Source of the DNA: Octopus bimaculoides
Lineage: Eukaryota
Assembly: GCF_001194135.2 (NCBI RefSeq)
Contig: NC_069006.1
Coordinates: 17,645,712 to 17,709,711 of the forward strand
Direction of reading: 5' to 3'
DNA length: 64,000 nt
Shown here: positions 1 to 12,265 of the stretch, in pieces
Position numbering within the stretch: the first letter of the stretch is position 1
Layout of the letters: every line of letters starts with the position of its first letter
Notes under the pieces: model-generated
Database searches by the model: none
What the model saw: the letters and a program-made list of their open reading frames with translations, nothing else
What the model was told of the DNA's origin: nothing
Translations under genes and position numbers: made by a program

Positions 1-207
1 AGCTATCTCAGTCTCAGCTTTATTTAGATGACTAATTAACTCCATAAAGTAGTGGTGGCCATCACTTCTAATCTTGTCTTTTCACATCTATATAAGTCAT
101 CAGTGTTTTGTATGTATGAAATGTTCAGATGTTGTGATACTGTTTAGGTATGTATATGCGAGTATCACATATTTATAAACATACATTCTCTGTGTAAGTG
201 TGTATGG

Positions 208-596
208 CTGCCGGCATGGCTGTGTGGTAATAAGTTTTCTTCCCAACCACATGGTTCCAGGTACAGTCCCACTGCTCTTTTCTACAATAGCCCCAAGCCA
301 ACCAAAGCCTTGTGAGTAGATTTGGTAGATGGAAACTAAAAGGAGTCCATTGTGTATATATCTGTATAAGTGTGTGTGTGTGTCTGTGTTTGTCGCCCAT
401 CCCCGCTTGACAACTGGTGTTGGTGTGTTTATATTCCCGGAATTTAGTGGTTTGGTAGAAGAGACTGATAGAAAAAGTACCAGGCTTAGAAAATTTTTAA
501 AAGAAACGTCCTGGGGTCAATTCATTCGGTTAAAATCCTTCAAGATGGTGCCCCAGCATGACTGCAGTCTAATGACTGAAACAAGTAAAAGAAAGA
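208..596 (+). mobile_element. SINE-A, near full length (tRNA-like head, CORE-like segment, internal TA/TG microsatellite, GTAAAAGA tail)
   Basis: Head GGCATGGCTGTGTGGTAA...GGTTCCAGGTACAGTCCC with A/B-box-like motifs; body CCAAAGCCTTGTGAGTAGATTTGGTAGATGGAAACT; tail CCCCAGCATGACTGCAGTCTAATGACTGAAACAAGTAAAAGA; more than 20 homologous copies in the window. Confidence 0.9.
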
Positions 597-672
597 TGTT
601 ATGAATAAACAAACTCCCAGGTATGTAGGGAATGTATTGCGAATTATGTATGTATATATATATATGTATATG

Positions 673-703
<31 letters not shown>

Positions 704-823
704 NNNNNNNNNNNNNNNNNNNNNNNNNNNNNNNNNNNNNNNNNNNNNNNNNNNNNNNNNNNNNNNNNNNNNNNNNNNNNNNNNNNNNNNNNNNNNNNNT
801 ATGTATATATATATATGTATATG

Positions 824-857
<34 letters not shown>

Positions 858-861
<4 letters not shown>

Positions 862-1242
862 TTTTATTTGTTTCAGTCATCTGACTGCGGCCATGCTGTA
901 GCACTGCCTTTAGTCGAACAAATCTACCTCAGGACTTATTCTTTGTAAGCCTAGTACTTATTCTATCAGTCACTTTTGCTGAACCATTAAGTTACGGGGA
1001 CGTAAACACACCAGCATCAGTTGTCAAACGATGTTAGGGAGGACAAACACAGTCACACAAACATATATATATATATATATGACGGGCTTCTTTCAGTTTA
1101 TGTCTACCAAATCCACTCACAAGGCTTTGGTCAGCTGGAGGTTATAGTAGAAGACACTTGCTCAAGATGCCACGCAGTGGAATTGAACCCAGAACCATGT
1201 GGTTGATAAGCAAGCTACTTACCACACAGCCACTCCTGCACC
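858..1242 (-). mobile_element. SINE-A, full length
   Basis: Reverse complement of the same consensus, from CTTTTATTTGTTTCAGTCATCTGACTGCGGCC to ACCACACAGCCACTCCTGCACC. Confidence 0.93.
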
Positions 1243-2835
1243 TGTGTGTGTGGGTGTGTGTTCTGTATTTGTGGAATGTATGCTGTGATTGTGTGTATAT
1301 TGTGATGTTATGCTATATATAACTTCCTGTTTGTGGTTCTACATAAAATGTATACAGATGAAATATTTAGGTACCTGTGCATATTGTATAGATGTGTTTG
1401 AATTGAGCATATATTCTATGTGTGTAATGGAATCTATGTTGTATACGTGTGGAATGAGTGTATATTATATACATGCAGAATGGAATGTAGAACGTATATG
1501 TGTGGAATGAATGTATTATGTTGTATATGCCATGTATCTATGTCACATATTTATAGTGTGCGTGTGTGTGTGAATATGTTAGATACAGTATGCATTTGTG
1601 TATTGCAGTTTCTGAACGAGGAGAGAAAGTGATTTGTTTCTTGTCAATGTGCAATAACTATTGAAAACTAATATAGTATTAAAACTCAATGAAAACCTGA
1701 TGCATGTTTGCTGAAGCTACTTGGGGGGAAAAAAAAAGGGGGAAAAATAGAAGAGAGAAAAAAAAAACCAACAAAAAAATAATAAATGAATAAAAATAAA
1801 ACCCCAGCATGGATTCTCATAATGTGCTGTTGTGGCCCTGCAGATATGTTTTCAAATTAAAAGAGAGAAAGAAGTTGAACAACAAGGTTTGGTGGTGCCA
1901 GCCAGTATCTTAAGTGGGGTGGCTGTATGGAGTAAGAAAGATAGTGCTTGCTTCTTCTCACTGCTAAAATTGATTTAGCTGCTTAAAACGAGGAATTGCT
2001 TAGCACTGACAGCACTATGCAAATGTTTCATTGTTTAGATTCCAACAGACAGGATGTGTTTCCTTCAGAAAGGAAGTCAGTTGAAGTTGAAGAATTTTTC
2101 TGTCTTCTTTCTGCTGCTAGGTTATTTGATATAGGTGTAGTGGGGTGGTTGAAAAAGAGAGAGAGAAGGGAAAGGATATATATNNNNNNNNNNNNNNNNN
2201 NNNNNNNNNNNNNNNNNNNNNNNNNNNNNNNNNNNNNNNNNNNNNNNNNNNNNNNNNNNNNNNNNNNNNNNNNNNNNNNNNNNNNNNNNNNNNNNNNNNN
2301 NNNNNNNNNNNNNNNNNNNNNNNNNNNNNNNNNNNNNNNNNNNNNNNNNNNNNNNNNNNNNNNNNNNNNNNNNNNNNNNNNNNNNNNNNNNNNNNNNNNN
2401 NNNNNNNNNNNNNNNNNNNNNNNNNNNNNNNNNNNNNNNNNNNNNNNNNNNNNNNNNNNNNNNNNNNNNNNNNNNNNNNNNNNNNNNNNNNNNNNNNNNN
2501 NNNNNNNNNNNNNNNNNNNNNNNNNNNNNNNNNNNNNNNNNNNNNNNNNNNNNNNNNNNNNNNNNNNNNNNNNNNNNNNNNNNNNNNNNNNNNNNNNNNN
2601 NNNNNNNNNNNNNNNNNNNNNNNNNNNNNNNNNNNNNNNNNNNNNNNNNNNNNNNNNNNNNNNNNNNNNNNNNNNNNNNNNNNNNNNNNNNNNNNNNNNN
2701 NNNNNNNNNNNNNGTGTGTGTGTGCATGTGTACATATGTATGTATATATACATATGTATATAAACATGTGTGTATGTGTGCATGTAGGTATATTTCGTGT
2801 ATGTCTGCATGCTGATTTGTAAGAGGGTGTGTATA

Positions 2836-2910
<75 letters not shown>

Positions 2911-3156
2911 ATGTGCCAGTTTTATATCTGTGTTTATTGTGAAACAGAAGAATTAAGTATATAGATGTAATATTCATAAGGCAGAAGCTCGTATTACGAC
3001 TTCTATTGTGCATACGTTCAGATAATGAACGATATTTGTCACAGGGAACAGGAAAGACTATAGGACATTCACATCATTGAAATTCTCAATTTAGAAAGAA
3101 GAGACTCTCTGCTTTTCCCAAGACATTTCAGTGGTTTCTGTGCCATTGTAGTCATT

Positions 3157-3187
<31 letters not shown>

Positions 3188-3835
3188 CAGTAGCAGTAGT
3201 AGTAGTAGTAGTAGTAGAGGTCAGAGTATTTCAAAACACTACGTTTGCTATTTTATAATTTTACATATTTAGATTTAGCTGATNNNNNNNNNNACAAAGA
3301 TACACTAATAGATATGTGTATACATACAGCTTATGGCCCCTAATCAGTTCTTAATTTGTGTTGTTCACACTTTTCTTTGTTAATACTTTTAGAGAGAAAG
3401 AGAGTGTTTGTGTGTGTGTGGGGGGGCATGAATGCCACAGCATTCCATTTATTCGTTTGCAAGCAATTCAGGAGAATTAACTTCATTTCAAAAGCTAAAT
3501 CTACATCTAGAATGTAGCAATATATTTCAGGTTGGTCTGTAATAAGTTAGTGCAGCTGTTGGTATTTTGGTATTGACATTGAACTGCTGACTCAGAACCC
3601 TCCCCCACTTTCCAACTTTTTTTCTCTCCTTTAATCCTTTTTCTGTGATTGACACCCTGGGAATTAAGGAATTTACAGTTGCCATTAATGGTTAAATCAG
3701 ATGATTTCTGTTTTCTTTTTCTTTTTTTTTTTCATGTAGAGAATCATGAGCATGTGTGTATCACAGAAGTATACATGCATGTATGCACACATGTATGTCA
3801 ACAAATATTTGTATATAAAAAAACAAGCCAGTGAA

Positions 3836-4036
3836 GGAGCCTCTAATATGATTGTTCAACATACTAAAAATAGCAGCCAAATCACTCGCAGATCAATATA
3901 TTCTACCATCTTGAAAAACGGCTGCAGATTTGATATTGTAGTTCTAGATAGTCCATAGAAGAGGAGATGGTCATGACTGGAATGCCTTTGATCACAGTTT
4001 TCTTCAGAATTAACTTGGAGTTAAACAACAACTAAC
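3836..4036 (+). mobile_element. Element D (short interspersed repeat with CAA-rich tail, no tRNA head seen)
   Basis: AAATAGCAGCCAAATC...GATGGTCATGACTGGAATGCCTTTGATCA...GTTAAACAACAAC matches about 10 other segments in the window. Confidence 0.7.
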
Positions 4037-4264
4037 TACAATGTACATAGTACAACATATGACTGAGACATTCACTTTATCAATCATAAATCATAATAAA
4101 TTTGTCATCACAATCAAAGACTATTGCTCTCCTCTTGAACAAGTAAAAGAATCTCTATGTCCAATGTCTTGGACCTTTTCTAAAAAATGTTCAGGTTTAA
4201 TATATTTGTGGGCCATTGAGCTTTTAGATACTCTTATGTGTCATGATCTCATTAGATTTTGCTT

Positions 4265-4618
4265 GTAGCTGGGTAGTAAGAAGTTTGCTTCACAACCACA
4301 TGGTTTCAGGTTCAATCCCATTGTGTGGCATTTTAAACAAGTGTCTTCTACTATAGCCTCAGGACAATCAAAGCCTTGTGAGTGAATTTGGTGGACAGAA
4401 ACTGAAAGAAACCTGTCGTATATATGTGTGTGTGAGAGTATGCGTGTGTGCATCCATCTTTGCGTTTATGTTTGTCCCCATCACCAACTGCTTGACAACT
4501 GGTGTTGGTTTGTTTATGTCCCCATAACTTACTGGCTTGGTATAAGAGTGATGGAATAACCACCATGCTTGAAAAAAAATTAAGTACTGGGGTCAATTTG
4601 TTGGGCTGAAACACTTCA
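4265..4618 (+). mobile_element. SINE-A, decayed
   Basis: Head, CORE-like segment, TG tract and most of the 3' body are recognisable. Confidence 0.85.
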
Positions 4619-6074
4619 CATGTAATAAACATGTGGACCATGTCAAAAAAAAAAGAGTCAAAAGTGGATTATAATAAAAAAGCAGTTGCTGACTCTTGCT
4701 CTGAGCACCTCCTTATTCTCCCTCCTCCTCCTCCTTTTTCTTCTCTCCTCCCTCTCCCCTTTGGTGCCTACTGGAAGGATTAGTAAGATGATGACCAGGA
4801 ATAGTTTCAATACAAAAGTGTTCCGTGCTCAGGACAGATGTGCTGCTCTGTTATAGCTGGCAAACTTGACTGCAAGATCATCATGCTTGTTATTATTATC
4901 ATCATCATCATCATCATCCAACTGATGCTATCAGCTTTTATTTTAATAAGAAGCTTTTTGAAACATCGATGACTTCATTTGTAGATGAAAGCACTCATCA
5001 TACACCATTGTTTTTCTCATGCCACACACTATGTCTGTTAATCTCTCTCCTTGGGGGTCTTAAGAAAAGTAACAGGGAGGAGAATTATGTTATTTTGTGT
5101 TTGTTTGTTTGGTTTTTTCCCCCCTATAAGCTAAACACTAGAATAAAAATTTTAAAAAAAGCAAACAAACTACAACTAAATAAAGAAATTCCAGTAATTA
5201 AAAGGCAAGTGAGTGTATGAATGTCTAGAAAATTCTTTGGGAGCTCTGCAGGTGTTTTTTTTTTATTTTTTATTTTTTTATTATTATTCCTTTCCCTGCA
5301 AGCAAGCACCTTCATAGAATATTAAACTGCTAAAAATAGTTGGAGTGGTGGTTCCAAAGCTTCATGATGGCCTTTCCTTCTGGCAGCCAGCAGAAAACAG
5401 TTAGCTGGAGCAGGTCTGACCGTTTCTAAAGGAGCAGCAGCAATACNNNNNNNNNNNNNNNNNNNNNNNNNNNNNNNNNNNNNNNNNNNNNNNNNNNNNN
5501 NNNNNNNNNNNNNNNNNNNNNNNNNNNNNNNNNNNNNNNNNNNNNNNNNNNNNNNNNNNNNNNNNNNNNNNNNNNNNNNNNNNNNNNNNNNNNNNNNNNN
5601 NNNNNNNNNNNNNNNNNNNNNNNNNNNNNNNNNNNNNNNNNNNNNNNNNNNNNNNNNNNNNNNNNNNNNNNNNNNNNNNNNNNNNNNNNNNNNNNNNNNN
5701 NNNNNNNNNNNNNNNNNNNNNNNNNNNNNNNNNNNNNNNNNNNNNNNNNNNNNNNNNNNNNNNNNNNNNNNNNNNNNNNNNNNNNNNNNNNNNNNNNNNN
5801 NNNNNNNNNNNNNNNNNNNNNNNNNNNNNNNNNNNNNNNNNNNNNNNNNNNNNNNNNNNNNNNNNNNNNNNNNNNNNNNNNNNNNNNNNNNNNNNNNNNN
5901 NNNNNNNNNNNNNNNNNNNNNNNNNNNNNNNNNNNNNNNNNNNNNNNNNNNNNNNNNNNNNNNNNNNNNNNNNNNNNNNNNNNNNNNNNNNNNNNNNNNN
6001 NNNNNNNNNNNNNNNNNNNNNNNNNNNNNNNNNNNNNNNNNNNNNNNNNNNNNNNNNNNNNNNNNNNNNNNNNN

Positions 6075-6288
6075 NGTAGTAATCGGTGTGGTGGTGGTGG
6101 TATTAAACAAGTATGTTGTGGTATTGGTAGTGGTAGTAGTATTGGTGGTAGATGTAGTAGAGTAGTATTTATAAGCGATTTAGTAATGAAGAAGGTCATG
6201 TTGTAGTAGTTGTGGTGGTGGTATTTGTAGAATAAGCATGTTGTGGTATGAGTGATAGAAATGTAGTAATAGTAGTCATAGTTGTGAG

Positions 6289-6339
<51 letters not shown>

Positions 6340-6395
6340 ACAGCAGAGTAGTGGTACTAGCAATAGTGGTGGTGGTGGTGGTGATGATGGTGTTA
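6075..6395. repeat. (GTA)n/(GTG)n low-complexity tract
   Basis: Perfect GTA run at about 6290-6338 inside a degenerate trinucleotide tract. Confidence 0.9.
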
Positions 6396-6769
6396 ATTAC
6401 AAACTCATTCATGCACAATTCAGACATTTGAGGCTCAATAACATTTTTGAAATTTAAAAAATGTGTTAATATGCATTCCTGCTTAATGTACATTACCCTC
6501 ATGCCTGCTACTGTAGGTTCTTTTTTTTTTTTCCCCCCATTTCCTTTCTTTCTTTCTCTCTCTCCCTCTGTCTTTCCCCCTTTTGCTCATGTACTCTACA
6601 CTCTGTTTCTTTTTTGTTGTGTTTTATTAAATAAGTTATTCCATTAAGTTGATGGAGAAAGAAGGAGAAAATCTAAGACTTGTGTCTTTTAGTTAATATT
6701 CTCTTCACTGTTCTCTACTACACACTATTTTCTCTCTGCCATCTGTTTGTAGAACATGCATATATTCTA

Positions 6770-7150
6770 TATGCACACACACACACACACACACACATTT
6801 GTATATGTATATAAATGTGTATGTCTGTGTGTGTGTATATGTGGGTGGCTGTATGTATAATGTATATTTGTGTATAAGTATGTTTATAATATGTATGTAT
6901 GTATATGTGTCTGTACGTGTGTATAGATGTGTGTTTGTGTACATGTGTACGTGTGTGTATGTATATATATGGGTGGATGTATGTATAATGTATATTTGTG
7001 TATAAGTGTATAAGTATGTTTATAATATGTATGTATGTGTGTGTGCATGTGTGTGTCTGTATGTATATGTGTCTGTGTACATGTATGTTTCTATGTAAAT
7101 GTGTATATATGTACATGCATATATCATTACGTGTGTATGTATATGTATGT
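6770..7150. repeat. TA/TG low-complexity tract with a duplicated block about 130 bp apart
   Basis: GGTGG(C/A)TGTATGTATAATGTATATTTGTGTATAAGT occurs at about 6843 and about 6972. Confidence 0.75.
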
Positions 7151-7689
7151 CTTAGACATACGTGGATACAAACATTGACATACATGATAAGAAGTAGGCA
7201 GCAGTAATGTATTCTAACGATGACTGTAGTTTCTGGGAATTTTACACCTTTCTGTGATGATGTAGATGTAGATAAATGATTAAGGTTTGTTCTAACATAA
7301 ACTATGTATAGCATGTCTTCTATACACCAGAGAGCGTGTAAAATATTCAGTGATGATGTTGATAAGAACAGCTACATTTATTGTTGAGAAACATCTCCCA
7401 GACTAGCTGTACAGTGCACCACAGCCAGACATGGCTGATACCATATTGATGACATAAGCTTGCCAAACACTCTCCATCTTTAGACTCTACATCACCAGAT
7501 ACCTCTCCGTCGCTCTCTCTATAGTTGATACCCCACCAAATGTTTCTCTGTTTTCAGTCACTACCCCTCCAAGCATCCCCTACATCTTCAGTCTTTTACT
7601 CTACCTTGCTATATCCTCACCATTCCTCTATTTTCTGTCTGTTATGGTTCATGTCCACAGATGTTGATTTGGCACTTATCATCCGCTCT

Positions 7690-8134
7690 CTGTTGTTTAT
7701 TTAACCCTAGGTCAGCCTTGATTGAGTAGAGCTATGATCAGAGAAATTTTAACTGTGATTATCCTATCTTCTTAGATATTGGTTTCAAATTTTGGTACAA
7801 AGCCAGCAATTTCAAGGTGGCTAAGAACAATTACATCAACCCCAATGTTCAGCTGGTACTTATTTTATCGACTCCCAAAATGGATGAAAAGCAAAGTCAA
7901 CCTTGGCGGAACTCAGAACATAAAGATGGACAAAATACTGCTAAACATTTTGCTCGTTGTGTTAACAATTCTGCCATCTCAGCACCCTATCTTCTTCTTA
8001 GATATTAAGTGTATCCAAGCCCGCCTGATCCATGGTCTTTGTTCTGTTCTTCTATTTTAATTTCTTGTGTGTGATTTGAGACAGATTTTAATTGCTTTCT
8101 CTGGCAGGCCATGTGACCTCTGTAAAAACCTTCC
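7690..8134 (-). mobile_element. Element D interrupted by a SINE-B insertion
   Basis: D 3' end at 7690-7780 and D 5' part at 8007-8134 (GTGATTTGAGACAGATTT...GCAGGCCATGTGACC) flank the SINE-B. Confidence 0.65.
7781..7986 (-). mobile_element. SINE-B with target-site duplication
   Basis: Reverse complement of the B consensus; flanked by CTATCTTCTTAGATATT (7764-7780) and CTATCTTCTTCTTAGATATT (7987-8006). Confidence 0.85.
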
Positions 8135-8604
8135 TTTTGATTTGGCTATTTACATTGATGTTATCCCCTAATGTAATGCTGTGGTATAGTCAATCGTAAG
8201 AGGTTATTTAGGCGTATCTGGAAAGGTCTAGTTATAAGTGGGTTGTGAGGGGCTCTTTGTTGAAACATGAGAACACTTCCAGTTTGCATCCATTCCAAAA
8301 CATACAATTACCCTCTCCATTAAGCCATACCAGTCAGTAGTACCCTCTTTATAAATCACATTAGTACCCTTTCACCCAAGCCACATTGATATCTACATCA
8401 ATTTAGGTACAATACTAGGTCTGTACCTGAATTAGAAAATTATTATTTCTCTCCTTAAGTTGTTTAAGCACTGTGCGTTCAATGTTTGTCTTATTCATGT
8501 ATGGAATAATATACATATTCATGTTGGACTGTATTAACATTACATTTGTTGATGTATAAGCAAATCATTATTATTAAATTGAATGGATTAGTAGGGTCGT
8601 TTGT

Positions 8605-8905
8605 GTCACAAAAATGTCTTCTAGCCTCCTACATTCTAAGTTCAAATCCCATCAAGGTTTACCTTTCATTCCTCCTGGATCAATAAAATAAAATATCAGT
8701 CAAATATTCAGTTTGGCTTAACCCCCACCCCACCCCCGCTCCCGTAAAAATTTCTGGCCCAGTCATTATGTTAGAAACTGTTCTTGTTTTGTTCTTCCAG
8801 GATTGATAAAATAAGTACCAGCTGAGCACTGGAATCGATGTAATCGACTTGAGCCCTCCCTTGAAATTGCTGGCCTTGTGCTGAGATTTGAAAGCATCAT
8901 TATTA
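8605..8905 (+). mobile_element. Two adjacent partial SINE-B copies
   Basis: TTCTAAGTTCAAATCCC...CCTTTCATTCC at about 8630 and GATAAAATAAGTACCAGCTGAGCACTGGAATCGATGTAATCGAC...GGCCTTGTGCTGAGATTTGAAAGCATCATTATT at about 8800-8905. Confidence 0.7.
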
Positions 8906-9721
8906 TAGTCTTGGGGAGTTTGTTAGCCACTAGATGTGTTTTCTCTGTATTTTGGTGGAGGTTGATAATTTTGTTAGATTTCCCAGAGTTTAGCTTGAAG
9001 TGCTATTATATAAATGAGGACCCTAATAGAAATGTCAAGCCCCCACCCTCCTTTATTCTCTCTAATAATCTGCTGCTATATAAATTACTAGACAGATCAG
9101 TTTCCTTTGGCAGGAGTAATTTATATACTGAAATTCCCTTGGCAGCAACTCTCTGCAACCTTCATTCTTTATTAGCAATGTCGTTGTTGGTGGTTGCAGT
9201 AGTGATGTTGCCATCGGAACTGTTAGCATTGATGTAATGAGGTACCGTTGTAAAACTAAATAGAATGTGTAACAAGTGGATATAGAATACTAAAGTAACC
9301 CCAGCTGATGTCTTGTGAGTTCAAATACAGGAGAGTCTTTTGTTATTCTGGGAATTTGTTGTTGAATTTCAATCATGATTGAGACCCTCTCAGCATGAAC
9401 AGCTTCCGTGAATTGTGTGTAAGTATAGCTAAGTAAACCAGAGGATTGAGTCGATGTCAAGGTTTTATTCATTGATATTTTGGATGGTGGGCCTTGGTTC
9501 TTTGTGACGGATAAGAAAACAGATTTCAAGATAGGAATGCTCTGGTTTCGTATACAGAGTATGCATGTAAGTGTGTGCACATACACACGCACACACATAC
9601 ATACATGCACACACATACACACAAAGATGACTTTACATATTCTACCACAAACAGTTTTTTTACTATTTTCATAAAAAATGACATACTCTCTCTCTCTCTC
9701 TCTCACTTTGAGTCTGTGCTT

Positions 9722-9782
<61 letters not shown>

Positions 9783-9821
9783 CACATGCACGTGGCTGCA
9801 CGGAAGGCATAGGTATTGCTT

Positions 9822-10012
9822 GGTATAGCTGCATGGTTAAAAGGCTTGTTTTCTATGGTTTCAGGTTCAGCCCCACTGCGTGGCACAAGTACCAGGGCTT
9901 TAAAAAAATAAAATAAAACAAGTACAAGAGTGAATTTGTTTGACTAAACCCTTCAAGGCAGTACCCCAGCATGGCCACCGTCCAGTGACTTAAGCAAGTA
10001 AAAGATAAAAGA
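9822..10012 (+). mobile_element. SINE-A with a large internal deletion
   Basis: Head to CCACTGCGTGGCAC joins directly to AAGTACCAGG and the intact 3' tail. Confidence 0.8.
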
Positions 10013-10695
10013 TGGACCTTTAACATCTAGTCTGACCTATCAACTTATGGCTCCACTGATCCTAACTCTCTCTATTTGTAATGAGTCTAATCATATATTT
10101 CTTATATTGACTGAATACAGACAATATTTATGGTAACTAGCTTGTTAATGTTTAGGCTTAAAGGATACAGCTCTGCTTGTGCGACTTGGAGAAGCTACAG
10201 GCAGTGAAGCATAAGTCAAAAGTTACAAAACTATAAAAAGAAAAGAATGTCTGTTTTATCAAACGGCTGTAAAGTATAGAAAAGCACTAAAATATATAAA
10301 TACTTTAAAAGAAAATCAGGAACATCTTTGTTTAACAGTTCAAAAATCAACTGTAAAACTGAAATTGAACATCTAAAGGAACTTAAATGATTATATTAAA
10401 CAAAATAAATTTAATTACATACGTAACCCTTCCTTTTGGGGATTAAAATGCTGGAATATAAAGCTGAAGTGGATGTAGCATGAAAGATTATATTAAATGG
10501 AACATAAAAATTATATTGTAAAAGGTTGAAAAGTTTATCTCAACAGAATTTATTAAAGAAACATTATTTGTTGAGGTTAAATATAAAAAAAAATATCCAA
10601 ATCCCAAATTGATTAACATCTTGTTCTTATAAACAGAATTGATTGTATGGTGTCCGCCCACCATCATAGAAGCCTTTAAGTTTAATTAAGTTTCA

Positions 10696-11121
10696 CTGTG
10701 TGGCAAGAAGTGTGCTTCCCAACCACTGGGTTCTGGGTTCAATCCCACCATGTGGCATCTTGGGCAAGTGTCTTTCTACTATAGCTCTGGGCCAACCAAA
10801 ACTTTGTGAGTGGATTTGGTAGATGGAAACTGAAAGAAACGCACTGTGTGTATGTGTGTGTGTGTTTTACTGTCTCCTCACCTTGACATCACATGACAGT
10901 TGTAAACAAATGTTACCTTCATACAAACACTGTCATTCATTTCCAATCTTATGTAAAAAAAAAAAAAAAAGCATGTCTGTGCAGGGGGAAATGGTACCTT
11001 GCTTAGAAACAGGTGAAAGTTGGCAATAGTAAGGGCATCCAGCCGTAGAAAAATCCACATCAACAAAATTCTGTCCAACCCATGTAAGCATGGAAAAGTG
11101 AACATTAAAATGATAATGATG
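10696..11121 (+). mobile_element. SINE-A head with an alternative RTE-like tail (type A2)
   Basis: A head and CORE-like segment up to the TG tract, then a different body ending AAGGGCATCCAGCCGTAGAAA...CCAACCCATGTAAGCATGGAAAAGTGAACATTAAAATGATAATGATG. Confidence 0.8.
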
Positions 11122-11815
11122 TAAACAGCCTACTTAATGTCTGTAAAATTGGAAATTTTAATGCATCATTTTACAATTTACTGTCTCTGATTTTAGTAAC
11201 TCATGACTCCATGACTCCAATTCCAATAAGATCACCAGGGTTTGAATTTTACTTTTTTATAATACTACTGGACCATGTAACAACACTTCACCAAAAGACA
11301 ATTTCTCTTTCAAATATCCATCATCATCAATACCACCACCACCACCACCATTTTTATGTTGGATTTTTCCATACTGTTATGGGTTGGACAAGACTTATAA
11401 AGGCAGTGGTCTATAACCAAATGCCCTTCTTCTCTGCAACTTTTGTGCTCTTTTCAACTATAGTATTTTTTTATGTTTTAGTTTGCTCGTTTTTAAATAT
11501 CGAAATTGACAAAGCTATCAAGCTCTGAGACATGTTGCTTATAGATGTAAAGAATTTCATTCTTGCTCAAAGAGTATAGGTGTGGAAGATGTAAAGGAAA
11601 TAGACACACTTCCCCATTCTCTCTATGTCACACGTAGACACATGTGCAAGCACGTGCACACACACACACACACATTTTCAGTTCATGACATAACTATGTC
11701 TAGGGTCTTCATTTGTTTGATTGAATAAGGGACAACTTTGCTTGGAAATGGATGAGGGTTGGGAGGGTAGTCAACTACATCGACCCCAATACTTCTTTGA
11801 CACTTTGATCCCAAT

Positions 11816-11880
11816 GAGGATCCTCTATGTGGTCATTTGACCTATTAGAAATTGCAGCTGATCTCCCTCTAAGCACACCT
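11816..11880 (+). mobile_element. Element D 5' fragment (near-identical fragment at 12910-12975)
   Basis: GGATCCTCTATGTGGTCATTTGACCT(A/G)(T/C)TAGAAA..GCAGCT occurs at both sites. Confidence 0.65.
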
Positions 11881-12222
11881 TATCTTTTATCAACCCTAAA
11901 AGGATGACAGATAAGGCTGACCTTGGCAAAATTTGAACTTGAAACCTAGAGACAGGCGAAATGTTGCTTAGCATTTTGTCTGGCGTGCTAATGATTCTGC
12001 CGGCTTGCCACCTTAATAATAATAATGGAGTCAAATTTTGGCACAGGACCGGCAGTTTTGTGGGCTGGAGGGGGGAATTTGATTACATCAACCCCAGCAC
12101 TTGACTGGTGCCTATTTTACTGACCCCCATAAGAATGAAAGGCAAAGACATCTTGGTGGAATTTGAACTCAGGACGTAAAGTCAAATGAAATATCTCTAA
12201 GCAGTTTGTTCAGCCTGCTTGC

Positions 12223-12263
<41 letters not shown>
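11880..12263 (-). mobile_element. Two head-to-tail SINE-B copies separated and preceded by (ATT)n
   Basis: Copies at about 11880-12013 and 12027-12226; (TAA)n on the + strand at 12014-12026 and 12228-12263. Confidence 0.8.

Positions 12264-12265
<2 letters not shown>

Noticed and set aside
1021-1206. Recurrent peptides such as YDGLLSVSVYQIHSQGFG...IVEDTCPRCH (also 4241, 40152, 48027, 49341)
   Set aside because: They look like a gene family but are incidental translations of SINE-A antisense sequence.
1996-3013. Long ORFs (200-480 aa) spanning N-runs, also at 5322-6502, 19294-20026, 20811-21363, 23781-24561 and 58831-60294
   Set aside because: Length comes from untranslatable N gaps plus dinucleotide repeats; no protein signal.
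7330-7660. Possible further LINE fossils (also 13800-14100, 45840-46080, 62600-62720)
   Set aside because: Only vague similarity to RTE C-termini by eye, with no diagnostic motif run; needs tBLASTx.
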